This document shows positions 35,337-42,285 of a stretch of DNA of 42,285 nt, in pieces. Every line of letters starts with the position of its first letter. Position 1 is the first letter of the stretch. The position numbers and the translations under genes are program-made. Below the pieces are notes generated by a model. That model had not been told where the DNA came from. It was given only the letters and a program-made list of their open reading frames with translations, and did not search any database. Source of the stretch: a virus (taxonomy: Duplodnaviria > Heunggongvirae > Uroviricota > Caudoviricetes); the IMG/VR virus record IMGVR_UViG_2778261056_000004, positions 1 through 42,285 of that record. One strand, 5' to 3'.

Positions 35337-35571
35337 AGGGCACAACGTGAAAGCGCACTCCTTCTCTCTTTCACTGCGGGGGCAGGTTTGTTACCGAAGT
35401 AGTGCGCTTCCAGTTGTGGTAATGCGGCTCTGCGCACGTGACGAGGCCAACAAGTTTTTATTTCAACATTTGAAATGAATACGTTTCTTGAGGTGTAGCG
35501 TCGCCGGTTCTGGCCGGTCCGGCAGGTGGAGGCACCACCGCCACAACAAAATCATTGCTGTGTGTAGTCTT

Positions 35572-35600
35572 TGCCCATCACATCGATGGGCACCTTTTTT
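35572..35600 (+). terminator. intrinsic terminator 2 in the PL leader
   Basis: TGCCCATC-ACATC-GATGGGCA followed by CCTTTTTT. Confidence 0.7.
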
Positions 35601-35763
35601 ACACAAGAGACAAGGGCATCACCGGGCGACGGGCTCATTCCCCAATCCACCCGGGCGCTATGGAAATGGACCTCCTACCCATAGCCGAAGCGCAGGTGCC
35701 CTTTTCTGTTGTGTATGGAGAAGTTCCACTGGCGGTGGCAGCCGCCTCACAGAGGGTTAAACC

Positions 35764-36135
35764 ATGAGTAATGACCGCATGACCGTAGTGCCCGATTTCC
35801 TGGGCGAACTGGATGCCGGCGTGTTCATGAACAAGATCGCGGCAGCTTTAAACACTACCGCGCTTGGCGTTCTGAACAACGGTACCAAAGGCAAAGTAGT
35901 CCTCACCTTTGATATTGAGCGTATGGGTAACTCCGTCGAAGAGAAGCGCGTCAAGATCAAGCACAAGCTGAACTACGTCACCCCAACCCCGCGCGGTAAA
36001 GCCTCCGAAGAAGACACCACCGAAACACCAATGTGGGTTAACAAAGGAGGCAAGCTGACCATACTGCAGGAAGATCAGGGGCAGCTGTTCGGGATCAACG
36101 GCGGCGTTGACGGAAAGCTTAAAGCGGCACAGTGA
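35764..36135 (+). CDS. hypothetical early protein, 123 aa (YfdP-like by position)
   Basis: AGAGGG RBS precedes the start. First ORF of the PL operon, directly upstream of the DUF2303 gene as in CPS-53. Confidence 0.5.
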   Translation: MSNDRMTVVPDFLGELDAGVFMNKIAAALNTTALGVLNNGTKGKVVLTFDIERMGNSVEEKRVKIKHKLNYVTPTPRGKASEEDTTETPMWVNKGGKLTILQEDQGQLFGINGGVDGKLKAAQ

Positions 36136-36188
36136 TCCGCAGCAGACAAATCACTGACACCCATTTGATCACTTATTAAGGAAATTTT

Positions 36189-37019
36189 ATGTCCCAGATT
36201 TTAGACGGCAACGCCCTGCAGCAGGTGAAAGACCTGGTTCTTTCCGGTTATCACCTTACTGCAGTTAAAGAAACAGCATGCCCTACAGCCCTACTCCCTG
36301 ATGGCGTAAACGTAGAGAGCCTTGAGCGTTTCGATCTGGAGCGTTTTCGTTTCCGCGGTGCCATGACCACAACCAGCATTCCTGACTTTGTGCGTTATGC
36401 AGCTGGCTATGCCAACGAAGTTGAACCAGCGCGATGCTTTATCGATGCTGACAACATGACCGCACGCTCCGTGTTCAATATCGGTACGCTGGCTAACCCT
36501 GGCCATGCTGATAATGTCGCCTCAATCACCCTCAAAAAGACAGCGCCATTCCGAGCCCTACTTCAGGTAAATGGCGATCGACTGGGCCAGAAGGAAATTG
36601 CTGAATGGCTGGAGGACTGGGCCGACTTCCTGAGCGCATTTGATGCCGACGGGAATGTGTTGTCCATCGCGCAGGCAGCTGGTGCCGTTCGTCGCGTCAA
36701 TATCAAACAAGTCTCGGAAGCAGCTCATGAAGACGAAGATTTTGGCGGCAGAAAGTCCCTGATGCAGAGCGTTGAAGCCAGCAGTAAAGACGTGATGCCT
36801 GTCGCCTTCGAGTTCAAATGCGTGCCATATGAAGGCCTGGGCGAACGCCGCTTTAGCCTGCGTAACGGCCTGCTTAAAAGCGGGGAACCGGTGTTTGTAC
36901 TCCGCATCGTTCAACTGGAAGCCCAGGAAGAAGCTATCGCCAACGAGTTCCGGGACCTGCTGATCGAGAAGTTCACCGACAAGCCGGTTGAAACCTTTAT
37001 CGGTAACTTTAAAGCGTAA
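36189..37019 (+). CDS. yfdQ: DUF2303-family protein (YfdQ-like), 276 aa
   Basis: Size, position next to an HD-domain gene, and my overall impression of the sequence all fit E. coli CPS-53 YfdQ. Confidence 0.55.
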   Translation: MSQILDGNALQQVKDLVLSGYHLTAVKETACPTALLPDGVNVESLERFDLERFRFRGAMTTTSIPDFVRYAAGYANEVEPARCFIDADNMTARSVFNIGTLANPGHADNVASITLKKTAPFRALLQVNGDRLGQKEIAEWLEDWADFLSAFDADGNVLSIAQAAGAVRRVNIKQVSEAAHEDEDFGGRKSLMQSVEASSKDVMPVAFEFKCVPYEGLGERRFSLRNGLLKSGEPVFVLRIVQLEAQEEAIANEFRDLLIEKFTDKPVETFIGNFKA

Positions 37020-37032
37020 TTTCTCTGCATTA

Positions 37033-37058
37033 AATCCCCGGCGCCGCGGGGATTTATT
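37033..37058 (+). terminator. hairpin/weak terminator after the DUF2303 gene
   Basis: AATCCCCG-GCGCCG-CGGGGATT followed by TATT. Confidence 0.4.
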
Positions 37059-37154
37059 GAAGCGTAATTCCCTTTATTAATCGCCAATGGCGAGGGATTC
37101 GTACAACCCAAAACTGGCGCAGGTGCAGCTGCCAAATATGGAGAAGAAAATACG

Positions 37155-37694
37155 ATGAGTTATATCCAGACACTTTCAGGTAAGAAATTCGATTACCTCA
37201 ATTCAACCACTGACGACGTAGAGATCGAGGATATTGCGACCGCACTTTCCCACATCTGCCGCTTCAGTGGTCATCTGCCGGAATTTTACAGCGTGGCCCA
37301 GCACTCGGTACTGTGCAGCCAAATTGTGCCGCCAGAGTTTGCCTTTGAAGCCCTGATGCATGACGCAGCTGAAGCCTATTGCCAGGACATCCCTGCCCCC
37401 CTGAAAGCATTGCTTCCAGATTACCGTCGCATTGAAGATCGGGTAGAACAGCTGATCCGGGCCAAATTCAGCATCACCCCTGATATGTCAGCGGTAGTGA
37501 AATACGCCGATCTGGTGATGCTTGCCACGGAACGCCGCGATCTGGACATCGACGACGGCTCACTCTGGCCTTGCCTCGAAGGTATTCCGGCCAGCGACAT
37601 GATCCAGATCGTTCCTCTTCGCCCAGGCCAGGCATATGGCTTGTTCATTAACCGTTTCAATGAGCTTACGGAATCACGCGCATGCCTCGCATGA
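37155..37694 (+). CDS. yfdR: HD-domain phosphohydrolase (YfdR-like 5'-deoxynucleotidase), 179 aa
   Basis: CRFSGH...SVAQHS (His) and ALMHDAAEAY (HD) motifs are present. Size matches YfdR. Confidence 0.7.
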   Translation: MSYIQTLSGKKFDYLNSTTDDVEIEDIATALSHICRFSGHLPEFYSVAQHSVLCSQIVPPEFAFEALMHDAAEAYCQDIPAPLKALLPDYRRIEDRVEQLIRAKFSITPDMSAVVKYADLVMLATERRDLDIDDGSLWPCLEGIPASDMIQIVPLRPGQAYGLFINRFNELTESRACLA

Positions 37695-37879
37695 AGATAA
37701 AAGAACTGGTAGCCGCAGCCCATGCTGCGGCGGGGAAACTGCCACCAGCAGAAGCCTCTCTGATGCGTGAGGTAGCCACTCGCCTGGACGTTACATTTGC
37801 CGCCTTGACGGAATCGATGGACCAGCGAATGAGCCTTGACGCCGAAATTAACCATCTTCGTCAGGAGTCCGTCCAATGA
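37691..37879 (+). CDS. hypothetical small protein, 62 aa
   Basis: ATGA overlap with the yfdR-like stop. Predicted helical. Confidence 0.4.
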   Translation: MKIKELVAAAHAAAGKLPPAEASLMREVATRLDVTFAALTESMDQRMSLDAEINHLRQESVQ

Positions 37880-38481
37880 CCACTAACAAATACGCGACTC
37901 TGCGCGGCACAATCGCCAGAGCTAAACGCAACGACTGCCAGAAGGTAGTGATGCGTGTGACGTTAGTTGAAGAACGCCTCCTTCGACTGTCAAACGCTGA
38001 GAAGCAGGTAGCTGCGCTGGCTGCGGAGAATGGTCAAATACTGCGCCTTCTGACAGACATTAGTGATAACCACGAAGAATACGTTAACCAGGACGAGTAC
38101 CTGTACGCCGGGGTGCCGATGGATTATGTATCTGAAATTAACGCATACGTTTCACGCGATGTAGAAGCAGAAAACCCATTCAAAGAGACAGACGCTTTCC
38201 TAGCTGAAGTGCGGGCCAGTGCTATTCCCGAAGGTTACGTGCTTGTTCCGCAGGAAATGCACCTGTCGTCAGAAGCTATGGAAGGGATTTGTTTCCACTG
38301 CGGGGACGGCGGTTTTGCCTTCGGTGAGTTTACAGACGGACTGCTGTTTGTTGGCGCTATTGACGATAGTGATGGGCAGAAAATTCACGGGCTCCACATC
38401 GCCACCGCTGATTATCCCGAAGAGGGCTGTGCAAACATCTGCGCATTTCTGCCAGCGCCAACTGAAGGAGCCGCCCAATGA
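37876..38481 (+). CDS. hypothetical protein, Ea22-like architecture, 201 aa
   Basis: N-terminal coiled coil, then IPEGYVLVPQEMHLSSEAM, a motif that recurs in 38952-39851. 4-nt overlaps on both sides. Confidence 0.5.
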   Translation: MTTNKYATLRGTIARAKRNDCQKVVMRVTLVEERLLRLSNAEKQVAALAAENGQILRLLTDISDNHEEYVNQDEYLYAGVPMDYVSEINAYVSRDVEAENPFKETDAFLAEVRASAIPEGYVLVPQEMHLSSEAMEGICFHCGDGGFAFGEFTDGLLFVGAIDDSDGQKIHGLHIATADYPEEGCANICAFLPAPTEGAAQ

Positions 38482-38762
38482 GCAACATCAACAAACAGGC
38501 TTACCGCGCTGACGGCGGTGATATCGGTACCGGTCGCCTGAGAGAGATAGCTGACAACCCGTACGGCGACGAGGAAAAGTGCTGGCTGGCGAAGCGCGTG
38601 CTGGCGCTGCTGGATGAGCTGGAGGCCGCAGAGAATAAGACTGTCGAAATGCCAACCTTCGACGGATATGTGCCAAACGTTGCGCGAGAACTTCAAGCGG
38701 CATTCCGCATTGCATGTGATAACGCTGGCATCAACATTGCCGCAGCCGGTAAAGGAGAGTGA
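38478..38762 (+). CDS. hypothetical protein, 94 aa
   Basis: ORF coupled to its neighbours by 4-nt overlaps. Confidence 0.45.
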   Translation: MSNINKQAYRADGGDIGTGRLREIADNPYGDEEKCWLAKRVLALLDELEAAENKTVEMPTFDGYVPNVARELQAAFRIACDNAGINIAAAGKGE

Positions 38763-38764
38763 GC

Positions 38765-38941
38765 ATGAAATACGAAATACCGGAATCAGAAGATATTGAA
38801 TGGCAGCAGGATATGCTCCGTGAAATAGACTGCGCCCTTGACGTCTTGCGTGATGAGCATGAGCACGCAGTGGTGGTGCAGGAAATCATCAATGATATCA
38901 CCGCGAGAATAGCATCACTCCGCGCGTACTCTGGATATTGA
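38765..38941 (+). CDS. hypothetical small acidic protein, 58 aa
   Basis: ATG follows AAAGGAGAG with a 5-nt spacer. Confidence 0.4.
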   Translation: MKYEIPESEDIEWQQDMLREIDCALDVLRDEHEHAVVVQEIINDITARIASLRAYSGY

Positions 38942-38951
38942 GGACTAACCC

Positions 38952-39851
38952 ATGAGCACTATTACCAAAGAATGGCTGCAGCAGAAAATTGCCGACATGG
39001 AAGCCATCCGCGATGATATCCCGTTCGGACTTGGCGAAGATGGAACCAATACACTGGCGGCGCTGCGTATCGCGCTGGCATCGCTCGAAGCGCAGGAGCC
39101 TGGGCGAAATCCCGTACTGGCCTATGCAGACAATTACCGCGATATGGCTAAGCATGGTGTTGAATCTATTCCGGTATGGAGCGTAATTACCGACCTGGAA
39201 AGAAATATAGCCCCGCTATACATCGCCCATCCAGCGCCGGTATCTGTGCCTGATATAGCGACAGTAGAAACGACATACCCAGACGTGCAGACAAACTGGC
39301 AGGACGCAAAGATGTACGCAGAAGGCTGGAACGCCTGCCGCTCCGTCATGCTTCAGGGTTCTGATGGTACCCTCACCAATGAATGTACCATACCAGCCAC
39401 GCAGTTTAAGCCGGTAGCAGACCTGTACGGCTTAACCTCACCAACTGGTGGTGAAACATCGTTCACTTTCGACGCTGTTGCAGCTCGTGATTTCATTGAT
39501 GGTGGTTGGTCATGCCAGGAGTACGTGGAGCTTGAACGCTTTCAGGAAGCGATAACCAACCATACCGAGGATAAGCTCGCTATGGTTGACCATTCCGGTG
39601 ACTCCAACAATATGGTTGAACCTGTAACGACGGCTTACAAGTTGCCAGAGGGGTGGGTGGCGGTGCCGGTTGAGCCGACAGAAGACATGATCGTCAATGG
39701 GTTCGAATCAGAGCCTGATGAGAGCTTTAGCGACGAGAGGGAATGGGAAGCGTACGACGCTATGAGTGGGTGTCAGCAGGCAGCGCACCGGGCAAAGCTA
39801 TGTTGGGCGGCGATGATTGCCGCGGCACCGCAGCAGGAGGTGAAGCTGTGA
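38952..39851 (+). CDS. hypothetical protein, Ea22-like, 299 aa
   Basis: N-terminal coiled coil and a C-terminal LPEGWVAVPVEPTEDMIVNG motif. Confidence 0.5.
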   Translation: MSTITKEWLQQKIADMEAIRDDIPFGLGEDGTNTLAALRIALASLEAQEPGRNPVLAYADNYRDMAKHGVESIPVWSVITDLERNIAPLYIAHPAPVSVPDIATVETTYPDVQTNWQDAKMYAEGWNACRSVMLQGSDGTLTNECTIPATQFKPVADLYGLTSPTGGETSFTFDAVAARDFIDGGWSCQEYVELERFQEAITNHTEDKLAMVDHSGDSNNMVEPVTTAYKLPEGWVAVPVEPTEDMIVNGFESEPDESFSDEREWEAYDAMSGCQQAAHRAKLCWAAMIAAAPQQEVKL

Positions 39852-40087
39852 CTAAATCAGAATTCCTCCAGAAGGTAGCGGTGCTGGCCGGTGAATGCCA
39901 TAAGTTGGCCTGTGAGCTTGACATAGGCGATGAGCGAATAGAGATGTTCGAGATTTATGAAGTGCTTCGCCGAATCCAGCGGAGTGGTGCAGCCGGTGAA
40001 ATGCTGGCTGCAACAAACCCTTTACTATCCCCTGGAATACCTGAGGACACTGAATGGGTAAATTTCCATAAAGAGGATGATGCCTGA
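39848..40087 (+). CDS. hypothetical protein, 79 aa
   Basis: GTG follows GGAGGTGA and forms a GTGA overlap with the upstream stop. Confidence 0.4.
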   Translation: MTKSEFLQKVAVLAGECHKLACELDIGDERIEMFEIYEVLRRIQRSGAAGEMLAATNPLLSPGIPEDTEWVNFHKEDDA

Positions 40088-40266
40088 TGCCTAAGACAAT
40101 CATCATAACCATCGAAATTATTGATGTTCCGGATCACGCTACCGATAGCGACATATCAGATTGGGTAGACGTCGAGTACGGGCAGTGTGGTGGACAAAAA
40201 TTAGATAACCCCTGCCGTGGCGATGCCACTGAAGTAATAAACCATTCATGGAAATTTGAGAGCTAA
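40087..40266 (+). CDS. hypothetical small protein, 59 aa (not in the ORF track)
   Basis: My own translation gives MPKTIIITIEIIDVPDHATDSDISDWVDVEYGQCGGQKLDNPCRGDATEVINHSWKFES. TGATG overlap with the upstream gene. It ends 2 nt before the next start. Confidence 0.45.
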   Translation: MPKTIIITIEIIDVPDHATDSDISDWVDVEYGQCGGQKLDNPCRGDATEVINHSWKFES

Positions 40267-40268
40267 CG

Positions 40269-40841
40269 ATGAACGATTTAATGATTGACCTCGAATCAAT
40301 GGGCAAAAAGCCAAACGCGCCGATCGTTTCAATTGGTGCCGTCTTTTTTAACCCTCAAACAGGTGAACTTGGCCAAGAATTTTACACGGCCGTGTCGCTT
40401 GAAAGCGCAATGGCTCAAGGCGCGGTACCGGATGGAGATACAATTCTTTGGTGGCTAAAACAAAGCCCTGAAGCGCGCTCAGCTATTTGTGTTGATGATG
40501 CGATGCCTATCACTGATGCACTGTCGGAACTTAGCCATTTCATTCACCGGCATGCATATAATCTCAAATACATGAAGGTCTGGGGTAACGGGGCCACCTT
40601 TGACAATGTGATTCTGCGCGGAGCTTACGAACGCGCCGTGCGCATTTGCCCGTGGGAATTTTGGAACGATCATGATGTACGCACGATTGTTACCCTCGGT
40701 CGCAGTGTTGGTTTCGATCCGAAGCGTGACATGCCTTTCATTGGCGATGTTCACAACGCCCTGGCTGATGCGCGCCATCAGGCAAAATATGTGTCAGCAA
40801 TTTGGCAGAAACTTATCCCTGCCACCAGCACCAACGAGTAA
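40269..40841 (+). CDS. DEDDh 3'-5' exonuclease (DnaQ-like fold), 190 aa
   Basis: MIDLES (D, E), WGNGATFDNVIL (D) and HNALADARH (H...D) motifs are present. Confidence 0.65.
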   Translation: MNDLMIDLESMGKKPNAPIVSIGAVFFNPQTGELGQEFYTAVSLESAMAQGAVPDGDTILWWLKQSPEARSAICVDDAMPITDALSELSHFIHRHAYNLKYMKVWGNGATFDNVILRGAYERAVRICPWEFWNDHDVRTIVTLGRSVGFDPKRDMPFIGDVHNALADARHQAKYVSAIWQKLIPATSTNE

Positions 40842-40885
40842 ACCACTCAGCCCGGGTGCAGCCGGGATTTATGGAGAAGGAAACC

Positions 40886-41095
40886 ATGGCAAAGCTAATG
40901 AAAGCGAGTCTCTGGAGTAAGCGCGAATTTACCAAAGACTCCATTCCTGACAACCGTACAATTAAACGTTGGGTCGAAAACGGATTACTCATGGGAAGGA
41001 TTGTAGATGGTTCAGTTTTTGTCTATGAAACCGAAAAGTGGGGAGTTGACTCAATTGTTAATCAGGCGGTACGTCAGTTAATAATTGAGGGTTGA
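40886..41095 (+). CDS. xis: excisionase, 69 aa
   Basis: GGAGAAGG RBS precedes the start. Small basic protein with RTIKRWVENGLL and GRIVDGSVFV, the lambda Xis-like pattern. Immediately upstream of and overlapping int. Confidence 0.65.
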   Translation: MAKLMKASLWSKREFTKDSIPDNRTIKRWVENGLLMGRIVDGSVFVYETEKWGVDSIVNQAVRQLIIEG

Positions 41096-41097
41096 CC

Positions 41098-42285
41098 ATG
41101 GCAGCAAGGCCACGAAAAAAAGAATACCGCCACCTTCCTGATTATCTTTTTTTTGATAAAGATCGTGGCGTGTATAAGTTCACGCTTATAACTGGCAAAA
41201 AGAAAACTCTCGGTTCGGATCGAGTAATGGCTATCGCCATCGCCCGAGAATATAACCTGAGGATGCGCCCAGAAAATACACCATCGATAGATTCATTAAT
41301 TCGGGAATCGGGAGGGATGAATGGTGAAGCCCACCCGTTTTCTGAACATGTTGATCGCATTATGGAGAGAGCGATCAAAGATGAGCAGCCGTCTAAAAGC
41401 ACACTTGACGATTGGAATAATGATGCCATCAGGGTTAAAGAATTTTTTAATAACATACCCGCATGCGACATTGAGCTTGAGCACGTAAATGCCTACATAC
41501 GAAATTACCATTCTGAATCGTCGGCCAATGTTCAGAACCGAAAAGTTAGCTTCCTGAAAAAGCTATTCTCTTATGCTGTGGATGAATCGCTAATGATGGA
41601 TAACCCTGCAACACGGAAAAAAATGCGGCGTGTCGATAAAAAGGTCCGCCGGCGACTTACTTTGGAACAGTTCCTGGCCATACATTCAGCTGCTGAACCT
41701 TGGCTGAAGACTGCAATGGACCTTGCAATACAAACTACACAAGCGCGCCTGGAAGTTTCCCGGATCCGGTACTCAATCAAGGAACCTAAAGAAGGGGTTT
41801 GCGGCTGTGTATGGTTCGATCAGGAAGAGGCTGGCATATTCGGAACGCTTTACATTCATCGGCAAAAAGTGCAGCACAAAGAGGCCTCACACGTTGCAAT
41901 TCCGATCGGCAGGGCCCTGAAAGAGATCATCGACAACAGCAGAGACAATGTGGCCAGTCCTTATGTTGTTCACCGACTTCTGGAAAAGAGAAGCAATCCG
42001 ATAAGCAAGGAAGTTAACCACCCAACACAGGTGGCCCCTGATTATTTGAGTAGGGCATTTTCAGAGCTGCGGGACCGGATAGGTGTAGCGGCAGAATTAC
42101 CTATCAAAGAAAGGCCAACTTTCCACGAGATTAGAGCGCTGGCGGCTCATATTTTCGAAAGACAGGGTATCGATCCGCAGGCAAGGATGGCCCATAGTGA
42201 TGCAAAATCGACAAAAATTTATACCCAGAACCATGTTGAATGGGTAGAAGTTCCTCATGCTGAAATTGTCCTTAAAGCCGGGTGA
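41098..42285 (+). CDS. int: tyrosine integrase (lambda Int family), 395 aa
   Basis: The N-terminal arm-binding-like part is followed by a C-terminal catalytic region with HEIRALAA (H-x-x-R), AHSD and KIYTQ (Tyr). The stop codon lies at the window edge. No att site is in the window. Confidence 0.85.
   Translation: MAARPRKKEYRHLPDYLFFDKDRGVYKFTLITGKKKTLGSDRVMAIAIAREYNLRMRPENTPSIDSLIRESGGMNGEAHPFSEHVDRIMERAIKDEQPSKSTLDDWNNDAIRVKEFFNNIPACDIELEHVNAYIRNYHSESSANVQNRKVSFLKKLFSYAVDESLMMDNPATRKKMRRVDKKVRRRLTLEQFLAIHSAAEPWLKTAMDLAIQTTQARLEVSRIRYSIKEPKEGVCGCVWFDQEEAGIFGTLYIHRQKVQHKEASHVAIPIGRALKEIIDNSRDNVASPYVVHRLLEKRSNPISKEVNHPTQVAPDYLSRAFSELRDRIGVAAELPIKERPTFHEIRALAAHIFERQGIDPQARMAHSDAKSTKIYTQNHVEWVEVPHAEIVLKAG

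Noticed and set aside
35488-35767. Arg/His-rich 90-aa ORF and 70-aa ORF as an N-like antiterminator
   Set aside because: The first starts at a TTG with no RBS, and both read through the strong terminator hairpin at 35572-35600. The composition looks like translated structured RNA. Only the last ~35 codons of the second frame, which end in an ATGA overlap with the next gene, remain a weak possibility.

Overview
The window is one near-complete lambdoid siphovirus prophage. Its gene content resembles the E. coli e14, CPS-53 and Qin prophages. It lies in inverted orientation, and both window edges fall on gene ends.

Layout from left to right:
- 1-2505: an SOS-box cargo operon (79-aa protein plus a pre-processed UmuD'-like protein), interrupted in its 5' UTR by a complete group II intron.
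- 2.5-21.5 kb, minus strand: the late structural genes. These are an SGNH-esterase tail fiber, an I/J-like tip protein, an NlpC/P60 protein, a DUF1833 protein, the tape measure, G/GT chaperones, V-, U-, Z- and FII-like proteins, DUF2190, a prohead protease-capsid fusion, portal, W, a frameshifted large terminase and the small terminase.
- 21.5-21.7 kb: a probable cos region.
- 21.7-24.1 kb: a visibly AT-rich accessory island. It holds a second DUF2190 copy, a lipoprotein, a 162-aa membrane protein, and a stand-alone ClpP-like protease on the opposite strand.
- 24.1-25.6 kb: lysis genes (spanins, GH19 endolysin, holin).
- 25.6-26.7 kb: an orphan DNA methyltransferase.
- 26.9-28.1 kb: an AT-rich two-gene cassette (251-aa unknown protein plus a 134-aa HEPN-like protein). 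It sits between Q/PR'/tR' and the lysis genes, and a cluster of DnaA boxes precedes it.
- 28.5-34.4 kb: Q, DUF968, a Rha/KilAC antirepressor, a Dam-type methyltransferase fusion, an O-like replication protein with an internal repeat array, a hidden DUF4222-like ORF, a YmfL-like protein and Cro.
- 34.4-35.2 kb: CI with its OR and OL operators.
- 35.2-35.8 kb: a roughly 540-nt ORF-poor PL leader studded with terminators.
- 35.8-42.3 kb: the early-left operon (YfdP/Q/R-like genes, Ea22-like genes, a DEDDh exonuclease), then xis and int.

I saw no tRNA, rRNA, CRISPR array or att site.

The best candidates for something undescribed are:
1. The HEPN-like cassette with its DnaA-box cluster.
2. The stand-alone ClpP-like protease and membrane-protein island.
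3. The LexA-controlled mini-UmuD' operon carrying an intron exactly between the SOS box and the RBS.
4. The N-less, terminator-rich PL leader.

All family assignments come from motif recognition by eye. No database search was run.
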